Below, piece by piece: positions 1 to 7,764 of a stretch of 25,843 nt of DNA. The first letter of the stretch is position 1. Every line of letters starts with the position of its first letter. Source of the DNA: a virus. Taxonomy: Duplodnaviria > Caudoviricetes. Below the pieces are notes generated by a model. The model searched no databases and was not told where the DNA came from. It was given only the letters and a program-made list of their open reading frames with translations. A program made the position numbers and the translations under genes. The stretch covers positions 1-25,843 of the IMG/VR virus record IMGVR_UViG_3300017726_001890. One strand, 5' to 3'.

Positions 1-146
1 GCATCCAGCTTGATGCTGACGTGACCACGCTCATCGTCCTTGAAAACGACTCCGCACTTCTGTCTTCTCTTTTTCTCCTGACCAGTCTCACGATCCTGGT
101 AGGTTCCAACTGTGGCGACTAGATCGCCTATTTTTTTGTTTGCCAT
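1..146 (-). CDS. Partial (5' part) small phage protein, possibly ssDNA-binding-like
   Basis: Manual translation from ATG at 146: MANKKIGDLVATVGTYQDRETGQEKKRRQKCGVVFKDDERGHVSIKLDA..., open to the window edge; starts 4 nt after the queD stop. Not in ORF track. Confidence 0.75.
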   Translation of the reverse strand, partial: MANKKIGDLVATVGTYQDRETGQEKKRRQKCGVVFKDDERGHVSIKLD

Positions 147-149
147 AAT

Positions 150-506
150 TCAAATTTCGGGGCGATAAATCACACTTGTCTTGGCTGTTTCAAAAACGAT
201 TATCCCTGACAGAATAGGAATACTTGTTTTGATTTGATCGTACAACCATTTCGCAAGATTCTCGGTTGAAGGTGGAATTGAAATGACATCGTTTAAAAAT
301 TGATGGTCTAGAGTTTCAACGATTGGATCGACTACCTCTGAAATTTCTTTGTAATCGATGACGAAGCCCCTTTCATCTGTATCGCCAGTGCATTCGACAG
401 TGAATCGATATGAATGCCCATGAATCCGCGAACAAGGATGATCCGGCCCTAAATGTGGCAAAGCATGAGCAGCCTCAAATTTAAATTCCTTGGTGATCGT
501 GAACAT
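150..506 (-). CDS. queD: 6-carboxy-5,6,7,8-tetrahydropterin synthase (QueD/PTPS family)
   Basis: Motifs FEAAH, CxxxHGHSY, LDH, STENLA, ET all present; likely start MFTITKEF (ATG 506) rather than TTG 524. Confidence 0.93.
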   Translation of the reverse strand: MFTITKEFKFEAAHALPHLGPDHPCSRIHGHSYRFTVECTGDTDERGFVIDYKEISEVVDPIVETLDHQFLNDVISIPPSTENLAKWLYDQIKTSIPILSGIIVFETAKTSVIYRPEI

Positions 507-517
507 TGCTTTTTGCT

Positions 518-1147
518 TCAACAAAATTGGAATTCGTTCTGCGGTTTACCTGCACCGCTTGATTCTTCTAAATATTTGGTCAGTCCAGCTAATTGCTTCT
601 GACATCCTCGGAACCAACCAGTGCCATCAGTGCTTTCAGCACCCGCCTCATGCGCCATCCACAAAAGTTTATAAGTATTGACTCTGCCAACATGGACTCT
701 AGGAAAGTTTTCAGTCCAAGTTTTCAAATTACGCCATTTCCATGATGTTGTGCCGCCAACGAAGATAACGGATGCCTCTTTTGGCACGTCAGATGGAGTC
801 ATACCATCTTGAACCGCCATAGCCATCGGGACTCCAAAAGACTGTATAGCGTCTGCGTGTTGATCCCATCTGCGTAGAGTTTCGTCACGATCACCAACCC
901 AATCTGGAACAACGACCCATGACGGTGACCATGCAGCAAATTGATCAAGATACCGATATAGCGGTTCCTCAGACCATTCTCTATTTTGCTGCCACGCTCC
1001 GAAAACCCCGTTATCTAAAGCCCAAGGAATCCCCTGCTTTGGTTCGCGCGGAGATTCTACCGAATGTAAATGCCCGATCTTTCCGCTGAATCGTCCCGCA
1101 AGTAATCCAGCCTCGAAACCGGTATTGTTTGACGGCATGACAATCAT
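518..1147 (-). CDS. TGT-fold / DpdA-like transglycosylase (putative 7-deazaguanine DNA insertion enzyme)
   Basis: WALDNG (cf. TGT DSG), PDWVGD, AVQDG, FVGG, HVGR and STDGT motifs in TGT-like order; immediately upstream of queD. Confidence 0.65.
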   Translation of the reverse strand: MIVMPSNNTGFEAGLLAGRFSGKIGHLHSVESPREPKQGIPWALDNGVFGAWQQNREWSEEPLYRYLDQFAAWSPSWVVVPDWVGDRDETLRRWDQHADAIQSFGVPMAMAVQDGMTPSDVPKEASVIFVGGTTSWKWRNLKTWTENFPRVHVGRVNTYKLLWMAHEAGAESTDGTGWFRGCQKQLAGLTKYLEESSGAGKPQNEFQFC

Positions 1148-1548
1148 TCTGACGAAATGTCCTTGGCCCCGGTCAGTTCGCGCATCAGGCCCAGCAAGTC
1201 TGCTTCTCCTGAAACCTCGACTTTGTCAGGCTCATAATATCCGCACATTCGATTGATCTCTTTACCCGCTGAGATGCGATCTCGCGTCTCCTCGATCCCT
1301 TCTGCCGTTGCTATATCCAAAAACAGCCCAAGCATCTCAGAGCGGCTTACAGACACCTCCTTGGCAGTTTCTGCCGCAATAGTTGCCAAACGCTCCTCGA
1401 TGTTAGGGTTTGTTAATAAGGTTGATGCTCCAGTCCTTGCGCTACCGTCAGTCTTAGCAGAATACCCAGCATCCTTGTAAGATTGACTGGCGTTCCCGGT
1501 CTGATGGTAAAGCTGGCAGAATTTCTCCTGTTTAGGATTGAGCGGCAT
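1144..1548 (-). CDS. terS: Terminase small subunit
   Basis: LNPKQEKFCQLY..NASQSYKDAGYS..ASTLLTNPNI is the typical N-terminal HTH of small terminases; ATG 1548 overlaps the upstream stop (TGATG). Confidence 0.88.
   Translation of the reverse strand: MPLNPKQEKFCQLYHQTGNASQSYKDAGYSAKTDGSARTGASTLLTNPNIEERLATIAAETAKEVSVSRSEMLGLFLDIATAEGIEETRDRISAGKEINRMCGYYEPDKVEVSGEADLLGLMRELTGAKDISSE
1202..1217 (-). promoter_or_regulatory. Dispersed motif copy 1 (+ strand GCTTCTCCTGAAACCT)
   Basis: 15/16 match to the identical copies at 6946 and 12964; inside the terS 3' end, about 55 nt upstream of the TGT-like start. Confidence 0.6.
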
Positions 1549-1661
1549 CACTTCTTGTAACCAGACTTGGCTGTCTTGGTCTTACGCATGATCGTGCGCG
1601 TTGTCTTTTTCTTAGGTGGACGGCCCACTTTCGAGCCATAGGTTCCTTTTCCGTAGGGCAT
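1548..1661 (-). CDS. Tiny basic protein, 37 aa (MPYGKGTYGSKVGRPPKKK...)
   Basis: Manual translation MPYGKGTYGSKVGRPPKKKTTRTIMRKTKTAKSGYKK*; fills the gap exactly and its stop overlaps the terS ATG; resembles recurrent small phage proteins. Confidence 0.85.
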   Translation of the reverse strand: MPYGKGTYGSKVGRPPKKKTTRTIMRKTKTAKSGYKK

Positions 1662-1663
1662 GA

Positions 1664-1816
1664 TTACTTCCTTTTCTTTTTTGCGGTTTTCTCAGAGTCC
1701 TTAAACGCCTTCGCGGTAGGCGCACCTTTCGATCCGGGCTTTCGCATTCGCTCCCCGGAACCAGCCGCGATGCGTTTACGCTTGGCGTGAATGTTGTGAT
1801 ACAGTCCTAGTTTCAT
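1664..1816 (-). CDS. Tiny basic protein, 50 aa (GLYHNIHAKRKRIAAGSGE type)
   Basis: Manual translation MKLGLYHNIHAKRKRIAAGSGERMRKPGSKGAPTAKAFKDSEKTAKKKRK*; ATGA overlap with the replication gene stop. Confidence 0.87.
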   Translation of the reverse strand: MKLGLYHNIHAKRKRIAAGSGERMRKPGSKGAPTAKAFKDSEKTAKKKRK

Positions 1817-3063
1817 TGCTGTGTGAGTAATTTGCTTCGCTCGTTTTCAAATAAACGAATGTTCTCCTTGAGGCTTTTTATCTGGTTCATCGCTTCCTCG
1901 GTCAGTCGTTTGGGATCTCTCCAAGCATTCCCGGTTTCCTTTGCCCAGCGGTCGAAAGTTGCGACATCGTCCGGGAACATTTCAGCCAGTTTGGTGCATT
2001 GATACTCATCCGAATTGACTGCATCTAGGGCAGCACGATTATTAGACATCGTTTCTCGTTCGGAATCAAGCGTTTCCTGAAACCTTGCCCAATCCTCTTG
2101 TGTTGCCTCGGTCGTAGCGAATTCCTCACGGGCCTCGGCGACATATTGCAACCATTGGCCCTGTAGCCGGTCACGGTGCTGATCTACGTCCTCGGTGAAT
2201 CCAGCAGCAGCGTTACGATTTTCCTTTTGCTCTTGTATCGCCTTGATTTCAGCTTTGACGCGCAACAAATCCTTTTCCACCATCCAGACTTCCCTAGCTC
2301 TGCCGGGAACCGGTTTCGATGACGGAGCAGCTAATTGCACCGATTCCTGACGCTTCTGTTCGCGCATCCAGCACTCACGGAGGAATGCGCCGGGAGAGTT
2401 GATCTTTCTACCTTTCACATCGCAACCACCTCGGAGATCGACATCGGCAGATAATGCCACGGCGAACTCTGACGGGATTCCCATTGCTTCAGCGATACCC
2501 AAGTAAATCCCTTGAGATGAAGAAACTGGAGTTGCTGCCTGCTTATTTGCAGCAGGAACCCCAGGGCTTTTATATTTATCTGCTTCTGCTTCTGCTTCTG
2601 CTTGTGAATTCTGGCGTGACACTGGCGTGACATCGTCACGCAAATCGTGACTATTTGTGACATCAGCGTGACTATTCGTGACATTTGCGTGACCACCATC
2701 CTGTTTTTGCCGATCCCGTTGACGTTGTTTTCGCAGTCGAGCCTGCTCTCTCCGGTCAGCGTCAGTTGCCTTATCCCGGTATGTCCCGTGATTCAGCAGT
2801 TCCCAGCCTCCGTTGATGGCCTGTATTCGTCTCCCCTCGTTGTCTGGTGTGCGACTATACTCATCTGGTGCTGAGAGAGCGGCCAGAGCTTCCTCGCAGT
2901 CAGGGATGCTTACATTGGCGAGATTGGCTAATCCTGGTATAGATGCCTGCACTTCCCCGTTTTTATCGGCTAAGGCGAGCAGCGTTACCCATACCACGCG
3001 AATGTCGCTGGACTCCTGCCAGACGGTGGAAGTGACGATTGAGTTGAATAGTTTTGTATACAT
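1813..3063 (-). CDS. Phage replication initiator / replisome organiser (lambda O-like architecture)
   Basis: Likely start MYTKLFNSIVTSTVW (ATG 3063, TAATG overlap); N-terminal wHTH-like region, basic helix RRKQRQRDR-like, repeat linker and AEAEAEAD tract typical of this class. Confidence 0.75.
   Translation of the reverse strand: MYTKLFNSIVTSTVWQESSDIRVVWVTLLALADKNGEVQASIPGLANLANVSIPDCEEALAALSAPDEYSRTPDNEGRRIQAINGGWELLNHGTYRDKATDADRREQARLRKQRQRDRQKQDGGHANVTNSHADVTNSHDLRDDVTPVSRQNSQAEAEAEADKYKSPGVPAANKQAATPVSSSQGIYLGIAEAMGIPSEFAVALSADVDLRGGCDVKGRKINSPGAFLRECWMREQKRQESVQLAAPSSKPVPGRAREVWMVEKDLLRVKAEIKAIQEQKENRNAAAGFTEDVDQHRDRLQGQWLQYVAEAREEFATTEATQEDWARFQETLDSERETMSNNRAALDAVNSDEYQCTKLAEMFPDDVATFDRWAKETGNAWRDPKRLTEEAMNQIKSLKENIRLFENERSKLLTQQ
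2070..2085 (-). promoter_or_regulatory. Dispersed motif copy 2 (+ strand GCGTTTCCTGAAACCT)
   Basis: 2068-2086 is 18/19 identical to 12962-12980; contains the palindrome GTTTC-CT-GAAAC. Confidence 0.6.
2566..2693. repeat. Iteron-like array / putative replication origin inside the initiator gene
   Basis: GTGAC at 2616, 2627, 2647, 2657, 2668, 2678, 2689 plus inverted GTCAC at 2635; adjacent (TCTGCT)x4 at 2579-2602 and a short AT-rich stretch around 2568-2579. Confidence 0.7.
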
Positions 3064-3287
3064 TATTTCGATCCGATCCGGTTCTGATATGCCTTCTTCG
3101 CTTCCGTATTTCTTTGTAGCCATTGATAGGCCCATCGTGAAGCATCGTCGTATTCGCCGGTCACACTTCCAATGGTTCTCCATTCTCCTCCGTTGGAATT
3201 CTGCCGATCTTGCGCTAATCCGATGTGGAAGTGCGCTTGCCTTTGACTCCACTCGATCAACCATTTGTCTGTTTCTTGATTACTCAT
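3063..3287 (-). CDS. Hypothetical protein, 74 aa
   Basis: MSNQETDKWLIEWSQRQ...; ATGA overlap upstream and TAATG overlap downstream indicate translational coupling. Confidence 0.7.
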   Translation of the reverse strand: MSNQETDKWLIEWSQRQAHFHIGLAQDRQNSNGGEWRTIGSVTGEYDDASRWAYQWLQRNTEAKKAYQNRIGSK

Positions 3288-4378
3288 AATTCTATTGATT
3301 TTCCTTCTGTTAAAATTGTCCATGCTAAAGCCGCTGCTTGGGGGCATTGCCCATTGCCGATGGCCTTCAACCTACCTACTCGATGTTTTGTGCCTCCGGT
3401 GACTCGTGGCACTGAGCCAGTGTTGGCTGGATCAACCGACCAATCTCGCCAGTCCAGCTCAGTAATCTTCTCCATACTAGTCCACCCAACGGGCCACCCC
3501 ATAAGCCATTCAACCCAATCGGGATTGAGTCTCATAACTTTGCCGTTTTCGAGTTGAGGTGCGCCTGTTTCCAACTCTGCTTTTTCACAAAGATTCCCTC
3601 TGTATTTATCGGTGCCGGGTATGCGATCTAGTGCAGCACCTTTATATTCTGATGATTTTGGCGTAGGCCATTTTTGTTCGCGCTTTGCCACCTGCACACG
3701 CAGTGAGAACTTTGTTCCTTCATGGTCAGTTTGCATCTCCCAATCGGTTGGCTTGCCGTGTTTAGCCTCTTGCGCTCGCGGCGTAGGCCACATAGCGACA
3801 AACATTCCCAAATCCTTGTTTTTGCCACGCGCATACTCTTTTTCAGCACCTGTTTTAGTTCTGCTGCCTTTGTCACCGTCAGTTGCTCGAGGCGTAGGCA
3901 GCAATCCAGATTCTGTCGCGCTTGTGGGGAGCGCCGACGTGATGCGCTCCCACAATTCCCCATTTTGCATCATACCCCATTTCGGCAAGATCACTGAGGA
4001 CGGTTGTAAGTCCTCGTCCCACAAGCATTGGTGAGTTTTCCACGTATGCGTGTTGAGGTCGAACTTCTCCAATGATTCGCGCCATGTGCGTCCACATGGA
4101 AGATCGCTCTCCTTCGATGCCTGCACCTTTGCCGGCGCAACTGATGTCTTGGCAGGGAAAGCCTCCAGATACGACATCAACACGTCCTCGCCATGGCTTG
4201 CCGTCAAAGGTTTGAACGTCATCCCAGATTGGGAAAGCTGGCAGTTGCTTATCGTTCTGTCGTTGCACCAGGACGGAAGCTGCGTAGGCGTTCCATTCCA
4301 CAGCGCACACTGTGCGCCATCCAAGGAGATGCCCTCCGAGTATTCCTCCGCCAGCACCCGCGAATAAAGCCAACTCAT
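3284..4378 (-). CDS. C5 DNA methyltransferase, second polypeptide (WPTP repeats, motif IX and motif X)
   Basis: Three (W/L)PTP repeats, RLNPDWVEWLMGWPVGWT (IX-like) and RLKAIGNG (X); has its own ATG 7 nt after a GGAGG. Confidence 0.8.
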   Translation of the reverse strand: MSWLYSRVLAEEYSEGISLDGAQCALWNGTPTQLPSWCNDRTISNCQLSQSGMTFKPLTASHGEDVLMSYLEAFPAKTSVAPAKVQASKESDLPCGRTWRESLEKFDLNTHTWKTHQCLWDEDLQPSSVILPKWGMMQNGELWERITSALPTSATESGLLPTPRATDGDKGSRTKTGAEKEYARGKNKDLGMFVAMWPTPRAQEAKHGKPTDWEMQTDHEGTKFSLRVQVAKREQKWPTPKSSEYKGAALDRIPGTDKYRGNLCEKAELETGAPQLENGKVMRLNPDWVEWLMGWPVGWTSMEKITELDWRDWSVDPANTGSVPRVTGGTKHRVGRLKAIGNGQCPQAAALAWTILTEGKSIEL

Positions 4379-4382
4379 TCAT
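3879..4382 (-). CDS. C5 DNA methyltransferase, catalytic polypeptide (motifs I-VIII)
   Basis: LFAGAGG (I), VEWN (II), GGFPCQDIS (IV), ENSP (VI), PHKRDRIW (VIII); TGA follows soon after motif VIII. Confidence 0.9.
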   Translation of the reverse strand: MNELALFAGAGGGILGGHLLGWRTVCAVEWNAYAASVLVQRQNDKQLPAFPIWDDVQTFDGKPWRGRVDVVSGGFPCQDISCAGKGAGIEGERSSMWTHMARIIGEVRPQHAYVENSPMLVGRGLTTVLSDLAEMGYDAKWGIVGAHHVGAPHKRDRIWIAAYASSN

Positions 4383-4779
4383 CGCCCTCCCCTAGATAGT
4401 GTTCAATGATTTCGATTGCGTGTTTGGCCCCGTAACAGACTTCGGTTCGGAAACCTTGTTTAGATAAACTGTCCAGCCACCATCGCTGGGCGGTCGATAC
4501 GCCACCCTTGCCTGCCCGTTTTGGACGGGCAGACTCACGCTTCAGTTCGATGAACAAGCCGTGATGATCTCCGCTGGGAACGGGTAAGCAGAGATCCGGC
4601 ACACCGGCCTTGACACCTTCGGCTTTGAGTAGCTTCCCGGTGATGACATTTCGATTCCCTCCATTCGGAATCGCAAACAACAAATCCAGTGCCGGGTATT
4701 TCTTCGCAAACACCGTTGCCCAGCGAACTAGCTGTCGCTGCTCAACGTGTTCTGACGGTGATAATGGATTACGCTGCAT
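4375..4779 (-). CDS. VRR-NUC domain nuclease (Holliday junction resolvase-like)
   Basis: EHVEQ..AIPNGG..LKAEGVKAGVPDL..LFIELK..S.AQ..W; likely start MQRNPL (4779); the longer ORF extension overlaps the exonuclease. Confidence 0.88.
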   Translation of the reverse strand: MQRNPLSPSEHVEQRQLVRWATVFAKKYPALDLLFAIPNGGNRNVITGKLLKAEGVKAGVPDLCLPVPSGDHHGLFIELKRESARPKRAGKGGVSTAQRWWLDSLSKQGFRTEVCYGAKHAIEIIEHYLGEGDE

Positions 4780-5431
4780 CGGCTGAAACCTTATTTTCGA
4801 GTTCCCACGCCTGCGATTCTTCAGCAATGGCTTGATCCAATTGCCTTGAGAATTCGCATAGTGCATCGAATAGCTCATCAGTGAATGAATCGCGCACCAC
4901 CTTGATTCGGAACGATGCCAGTCTCGGCTCGTAGCTTTGAAACCACCAAGACTCCGCGCCAGTAACGGCCATGCTGCCATGCACCTGATACTTATACACT
5001 TCGGGCAGGACTCCTGCCCTTCGGTATAGAACATGGGTGCTGGAGATCGGAACCTTGCCCTCGAAACCAGAATTCTCGCCTTTGAGCAGACCGTCCGGGG
5101 AACATCCAAACTTACCGTGGTTCGACCGGCAGAAACCGACATCGGTAATCTTTTTATGGCTCCATCTCTCAAACGCTGCAACAGCGTCAGGCTCCATCAG
5201 CGTCCCTCGCTTCATCGCCTCATTCTCAAATACTGAAGGCTCCCATCCCCCGGCTGCCTGCGCGACAAGTTTGCAGATCGCCTTCTCTCTAGCGTCCCGG
5301 CTTCTTTTGTCCGAATCCTTGAGCAACCAAGGCCCGAATTCAGAAGCGGTTAGAATCCCCTTTCGCAGATCGAACCACTCATCACTGCGTTGCTCGCAAT
5401 CAAAAAGGGTGCATTGATTGAATTCGCTCAT
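4769..5431 (-). CDS. exo: YqaJ/lambda-type exonuclease
   Basis: QRSDEWFDLRKG.LTAS, MKRG..MEP.A, GCSPDG, EGK, YKYQV; adjacent to Bet; start MSEFNQ preceded by GAGGAGG. Confidence 0.9.
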   Translation of the reverse strand: MSEFNQCTLFDCEQRSDEWFDLRKGILTASEFGPWLLKDSDKRSRDAREKAICKLVAQAAGGWEPSVFENEAMKRGTLMEPDAVAAFERWSHKKITDVGFCRSNHGKFGCSPDGLLKGENSGFEGKVPISSTHVLYRRAGVLPEVYKYQVHGSMAVTGAESWWFQSYEPRLASFRIKVVRDSFTDELFDALCEFSRQLDQAIAEESQAWELENKVSADAA

Positions 5432-6132
5432 TTCGCCTCCTCTAGATTGATTTCCCAATTGAAGTCTCCGTCAGGCCCGTCTCCTGTTTCTGCTGGCTCT
5501 TCAATCTCTGCTGGCTCAATCTCTACCGAAGCAGCAGCGAGCGGTTCTTCCTGTTTAAAAGGATTGCCATTCGCTTTCACCGGCTCACCCTTCTGATATT
5601 CGGCCATGCGCTCCGCATCCTCTGGATCTGCAACGCTCATGCCGAATGCCACGCGAGCGCACTGAATGAAGGCTCGATGTCTAAGCATACGCTTCGGTTG
5701 CTTGTTCCAAGGATCTGAGTTGCGTTTGCACTCATCAAGGAATTCAGTGATCTCTACAGGATGAGAGCGATCCTTTCGGAAGATGCGGCAGGTCGTTGAA
5801 ACGTGCCTTCCATCCTCGCAGTTCTCGATTAGTTCGCACCCGTCAAACTGATCGTGATCATTTGCGATTCGATACCATCCATCGCACGATATAACCGGGA
5901 CGATCCCGCCACCCTTTTTGTCCGGGAAGGCATAGATTTCCTTTGTGAACGGATTTAATTTGTATTCGTTAGCCACCACGCAAAGTGCCATCATCTGCGA
6001 ATCAGTTGCACCCCGGAAGGCGGTGTCCTTGAGAGTCGAGAGAAGTTGCTTCGGCTCCACTTGGAATTTGTTTGCCATGACCACCAGCGCACTGCGCTTC
6101 TGGTCACTTGTCTTTTCTATTGCTGTTGTCAT
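5428..6132 (-). CDS. bet: Red-beta/Bet single-strand annealing recombinase
   Basis: VANEYKLNPFTKEIYAFPDK.GGIVPV..DGW and W..QPKRMLRHRA.IQCAR.AFG are lambda Bet signatures. Confidence 0.93.
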   Translation of the reverse strand: MTTAIEKTSDQKRSALVVMANKFQVEPKQLLSTLKDTAFRGATDSQMMALCVVANEYKLNPFTKEIYAFPDKKGGGIVPVISCDGWYRIANDHDQFDGCELIENCEDGRHVSTTCRIFRKDRSHPVEITEFLDECKRNSDPWNKQPKRMLRHRAFIQCARVAFGMSVADPEDAERMAEYQKGEPVKANGNPFKQEEPLAAASVEIEPAEIEEPAETGDGPDGDFNWEINLEEAK

Positions 6133-6391
6133 CTGAATAATTGATTTGAATTTGTTTGCACTCGCCGTCGATGATCGCTTTGACTAACTCATGCGCTCTC
6201 ACTGGTGAAATGCCTTTGTCCATCATGAAGTTCCGAACCTTTTGTTCTGTAATAAAACGGTCATCCTGATCACCTGAATTCGCTGCTTTCATTTCTGCTT
6301 CCATCATTTCATCAACGAACTCCACCACCGTCGCATGACGCGGATGATTTTGATCGCGGTAGGCAGCATAATCGTCATCTATGTCGCTCAT
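6104..6391 (-). CDS. Hypothetical protein, 95 aa
   Basis: ATGA-coupled to the upstream gene in a tightly packed operon. Confidence 0.65.
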   Translation of the reverse strand: MSDIDDDYAAYRDQNHPRHATVVEFVDEMMEAEMKAANSGDQDDRFITEQKVRNFMMDKGISPVRAHELVKAIIDGECKQIQINYSDDNSNRKDK

Positions 6392-6666
6392 TCGGAATCC
6401 TCCTGTGGTTTCAGTTGATCCACGATGCCGATTCCGATGTCAGTTAGCTGGCAGGAATACATTCTCCTGTCGCCCGGTTTTCTGACTCTAACTGCCAGAT
6501 GACATCTTTCAGCCGTGTCCATCACCGAAGTGATGTTACTTGGAGTTACATTGAGAGCCTCGGCGATTGCGTGGCAATTGCTTCCTGCGTTTTCGCTGAT
6601 GAAGCATAGCAGCTTCATCACACCGCCGGTCAATCCCGGTGGAATATTATTCGATTCTATTATCAT
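6388..6666 (-). CDS. MarR-like winged-helix protein
   Basis: IAEALNVTPSNITSVMD..E...L.VR...PGDRR...C.LT..G is a MarR wHTH pattern. Confidence 0.8.
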   Translation of the reverse strand: MIIESNNIPPGLTGGVMKLLCFISENAGSNCHAIAEALNVTPSNITSVMDTAERCHLAVRVRKPGDRRMYSCQLTDIGIGIVDQLKPQEDSE

Positions 6667-6671
6667 GTCTG

Positions 6672-6884
6672 TTACTTGGTTTGGGGGTATTCCCCGTTAA
6701 GAATCCGCTGCTCGACTTGTCTAAAATCGCGCACCGAATAGATTTTTTTTGTGCGGCCCCGCTCTGGAACCTTCTGGCAACACGGCTTGATCCAGCCTGC
6801 TGCGATCGCGTCCTCTGCGATCTGTCTCGTTAGACCAGCGAATAGCTCGGTCTGCGTCATGGTCTGCCGGGTTATTGTTCTCAT
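6672..6884 (-). CDS. Small DNA-binding protein, possible excisionase
   Basis: 70 aa, basic, AGWIKP...RTKKIYSVRDF resembles the MerR/Xis-type wing; lies in the early operon. Confidence 0.5.
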   Translation of the reverse strand: MRTITRQTMTQTELFAGLTRQIAEDAIAAGWIKPCCQKVPERGRTKKIYSVRDFRQVEQRILNGEYPQTK

Positions 6885-7087
6885 ATCTCGCGTAGGTAAT
6901 CCTCAATGCGATCAGCAATATCGTCAGTCAGTTCGCATTTACTTTGCGTCTCCTGAAACCTCAAGTCTGTGATCTTGAGGAAACCCTGCTCGCAACGGTC
7001 GTATTCAAACTCAACGCTTTCGCCGTCATTTTCGCCGCCAACGAGATACATCTCGTAAGTGCCTTGAATTGGTTGAAGACTACGCAT
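6881..7087 (-). CDS. Hypothetical acidic protein, 68 aa
   Basis: Overlapping start/stop junctions on both sides. Confidence 0.6.
   Translation of the reverse strand: MRSLQPIQGTYEMYLVGGENDGESVEFEYDRCEQGFLKITDLRFQETQSKCELTDDIADRIEDYLREI
6946..6961 (-). promoter_or_regulatory. Dispersed motif copy 3 (+ strand GCGTCTCCTGAAACCT)
   Basis: 16/16 identical to 12964-12979; about 60 nt upstream of the Xis-like start. Confidence 0.65.
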
Positions 7088-7379
7088 CTGGCAATCCTTT
7101 CACTGCTGTTAGAACCTTCTCAGCGTGTTGAACCTGGTCGAAACCATTCGACTTCACCAAACGCTCCAGCGCATCGATCAGGATCGGAGCAAGCTCATCA
7201 TTCCGGGCAAGATTGTATCCTGCCTCTTGCGCTTTCTGCTGGCAAATTTCGCAAGGCTCGATCTCAAACGTCACCGTTTGTGGACTGTTACCTAGAGCTA
7301 AATCAATACTTGGATCTGAACCAAGAATTTTCGCCCAAAGCATCTCGCCGCAGGAGCATTTTAAAACACTTGTGATCAT
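7080..7379 (-). CDS. Hypothetical protein with CxC...CxxC (possible Zn binding)
   Basis: KCSCG ... PCEIC; ATGA-coupled. Confidence 0.65.
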   Translation of the reverse strand: MITSVLKCSCGEMLWAKILGSDPSIDLALGNSPQTVTFEIEPCEICQQKAQEAGYNLARNDELAPILIDALERLVKSNGFDQVQHAEKVLTAVKGLPDA

Positions 7380-7579
7380 TGATTGAGGCTATATTCGGCG
7401 ACCAGTTTCCCTGATTGCGTCTTGATCATCTCCTTATCAATGTCGAATCCCATGCTTTTAAGATCATGGATTCGGGCCGCTAACCGGGAACAGTTGAATT
7501 CCCGGAACGCATACAGACTAGTGATTTTGCCGCCAGCAAGCAGCAATTCCCCAATTTTTTTTGCCTGACTATCAATCAT
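7376..7579 (-). CDS. Small winged HTH protein
   Basis: G.KITSL.AF.EF...RLAARIHDLK..G.DI...VAEY is a common phage HTH family pattern. Confidence 0.8.
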   Translation of the reverse strand: MIDSQAKKIGELLLAGGKITSLYAFREFNCSRLAARIHDLKSMGFDIDKEMIKTQSGKLVAEYSLNQ

Positions 7580-7764
7580 ACTTTACCTTTCTTTTGCTCT
7601 TTAATTTGTGGATCGACGAGTTCTAGCTCATCTTTTTCCAGCTTGGTTAATGAGTAGTTGAGGAGCATATTAGCTAACTCCTGCAACGACCTTGCGCTCT
7701 TCTGCGCGTTTGATGAAAGTCGGCTATGCGTAGCAATACCGACTCTGATGGGTTTAGTGTCCAT
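7576..7764 (-). CDS. Ribbon-helix-helix (Arc-like) protein in the Cro position
   Basis: Likely start MDTKPIRV (ATG 7764); beta-strand KPIRV then helices ATHSRL..A / RSLQELANMLL; first gene of the leftward operon. Confidence 0.6.
   Translation of the reverse strand: MDTKPIRVGIATHSRLSSNAQKSARSLQELANMLLNYSLTKLEKDELELVDPQIKEQKKGKV

Noticed and set aside
150-506. Divergent QueD paralogue with a non-canonical activity
   Set aside because: The canonical CxxxHGH motif is intact.
2627-2639. Match to the matS consensus GTGACRNYGTCAC
   Set aside because: Single copy, explained by the local GTGAC array.
3064-3264. N-terminal extension of the 483-aa ORF
   Set aside because: Overlaps a coupled 74-aa gene; the family-like N-terminus begins at MYTKLF.
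4780-5181. N-terminal extension of the VRR-NUC ORF
   Set aside because: Lies within the exonuclease in another frame and has no recognisable motifs.
5488-5524. Short tandem repeat (TCTGCTGGCTC)
   Set aside because: Encodes the low-complexity acidic linker EIEPAEIEEPAE of Bet.
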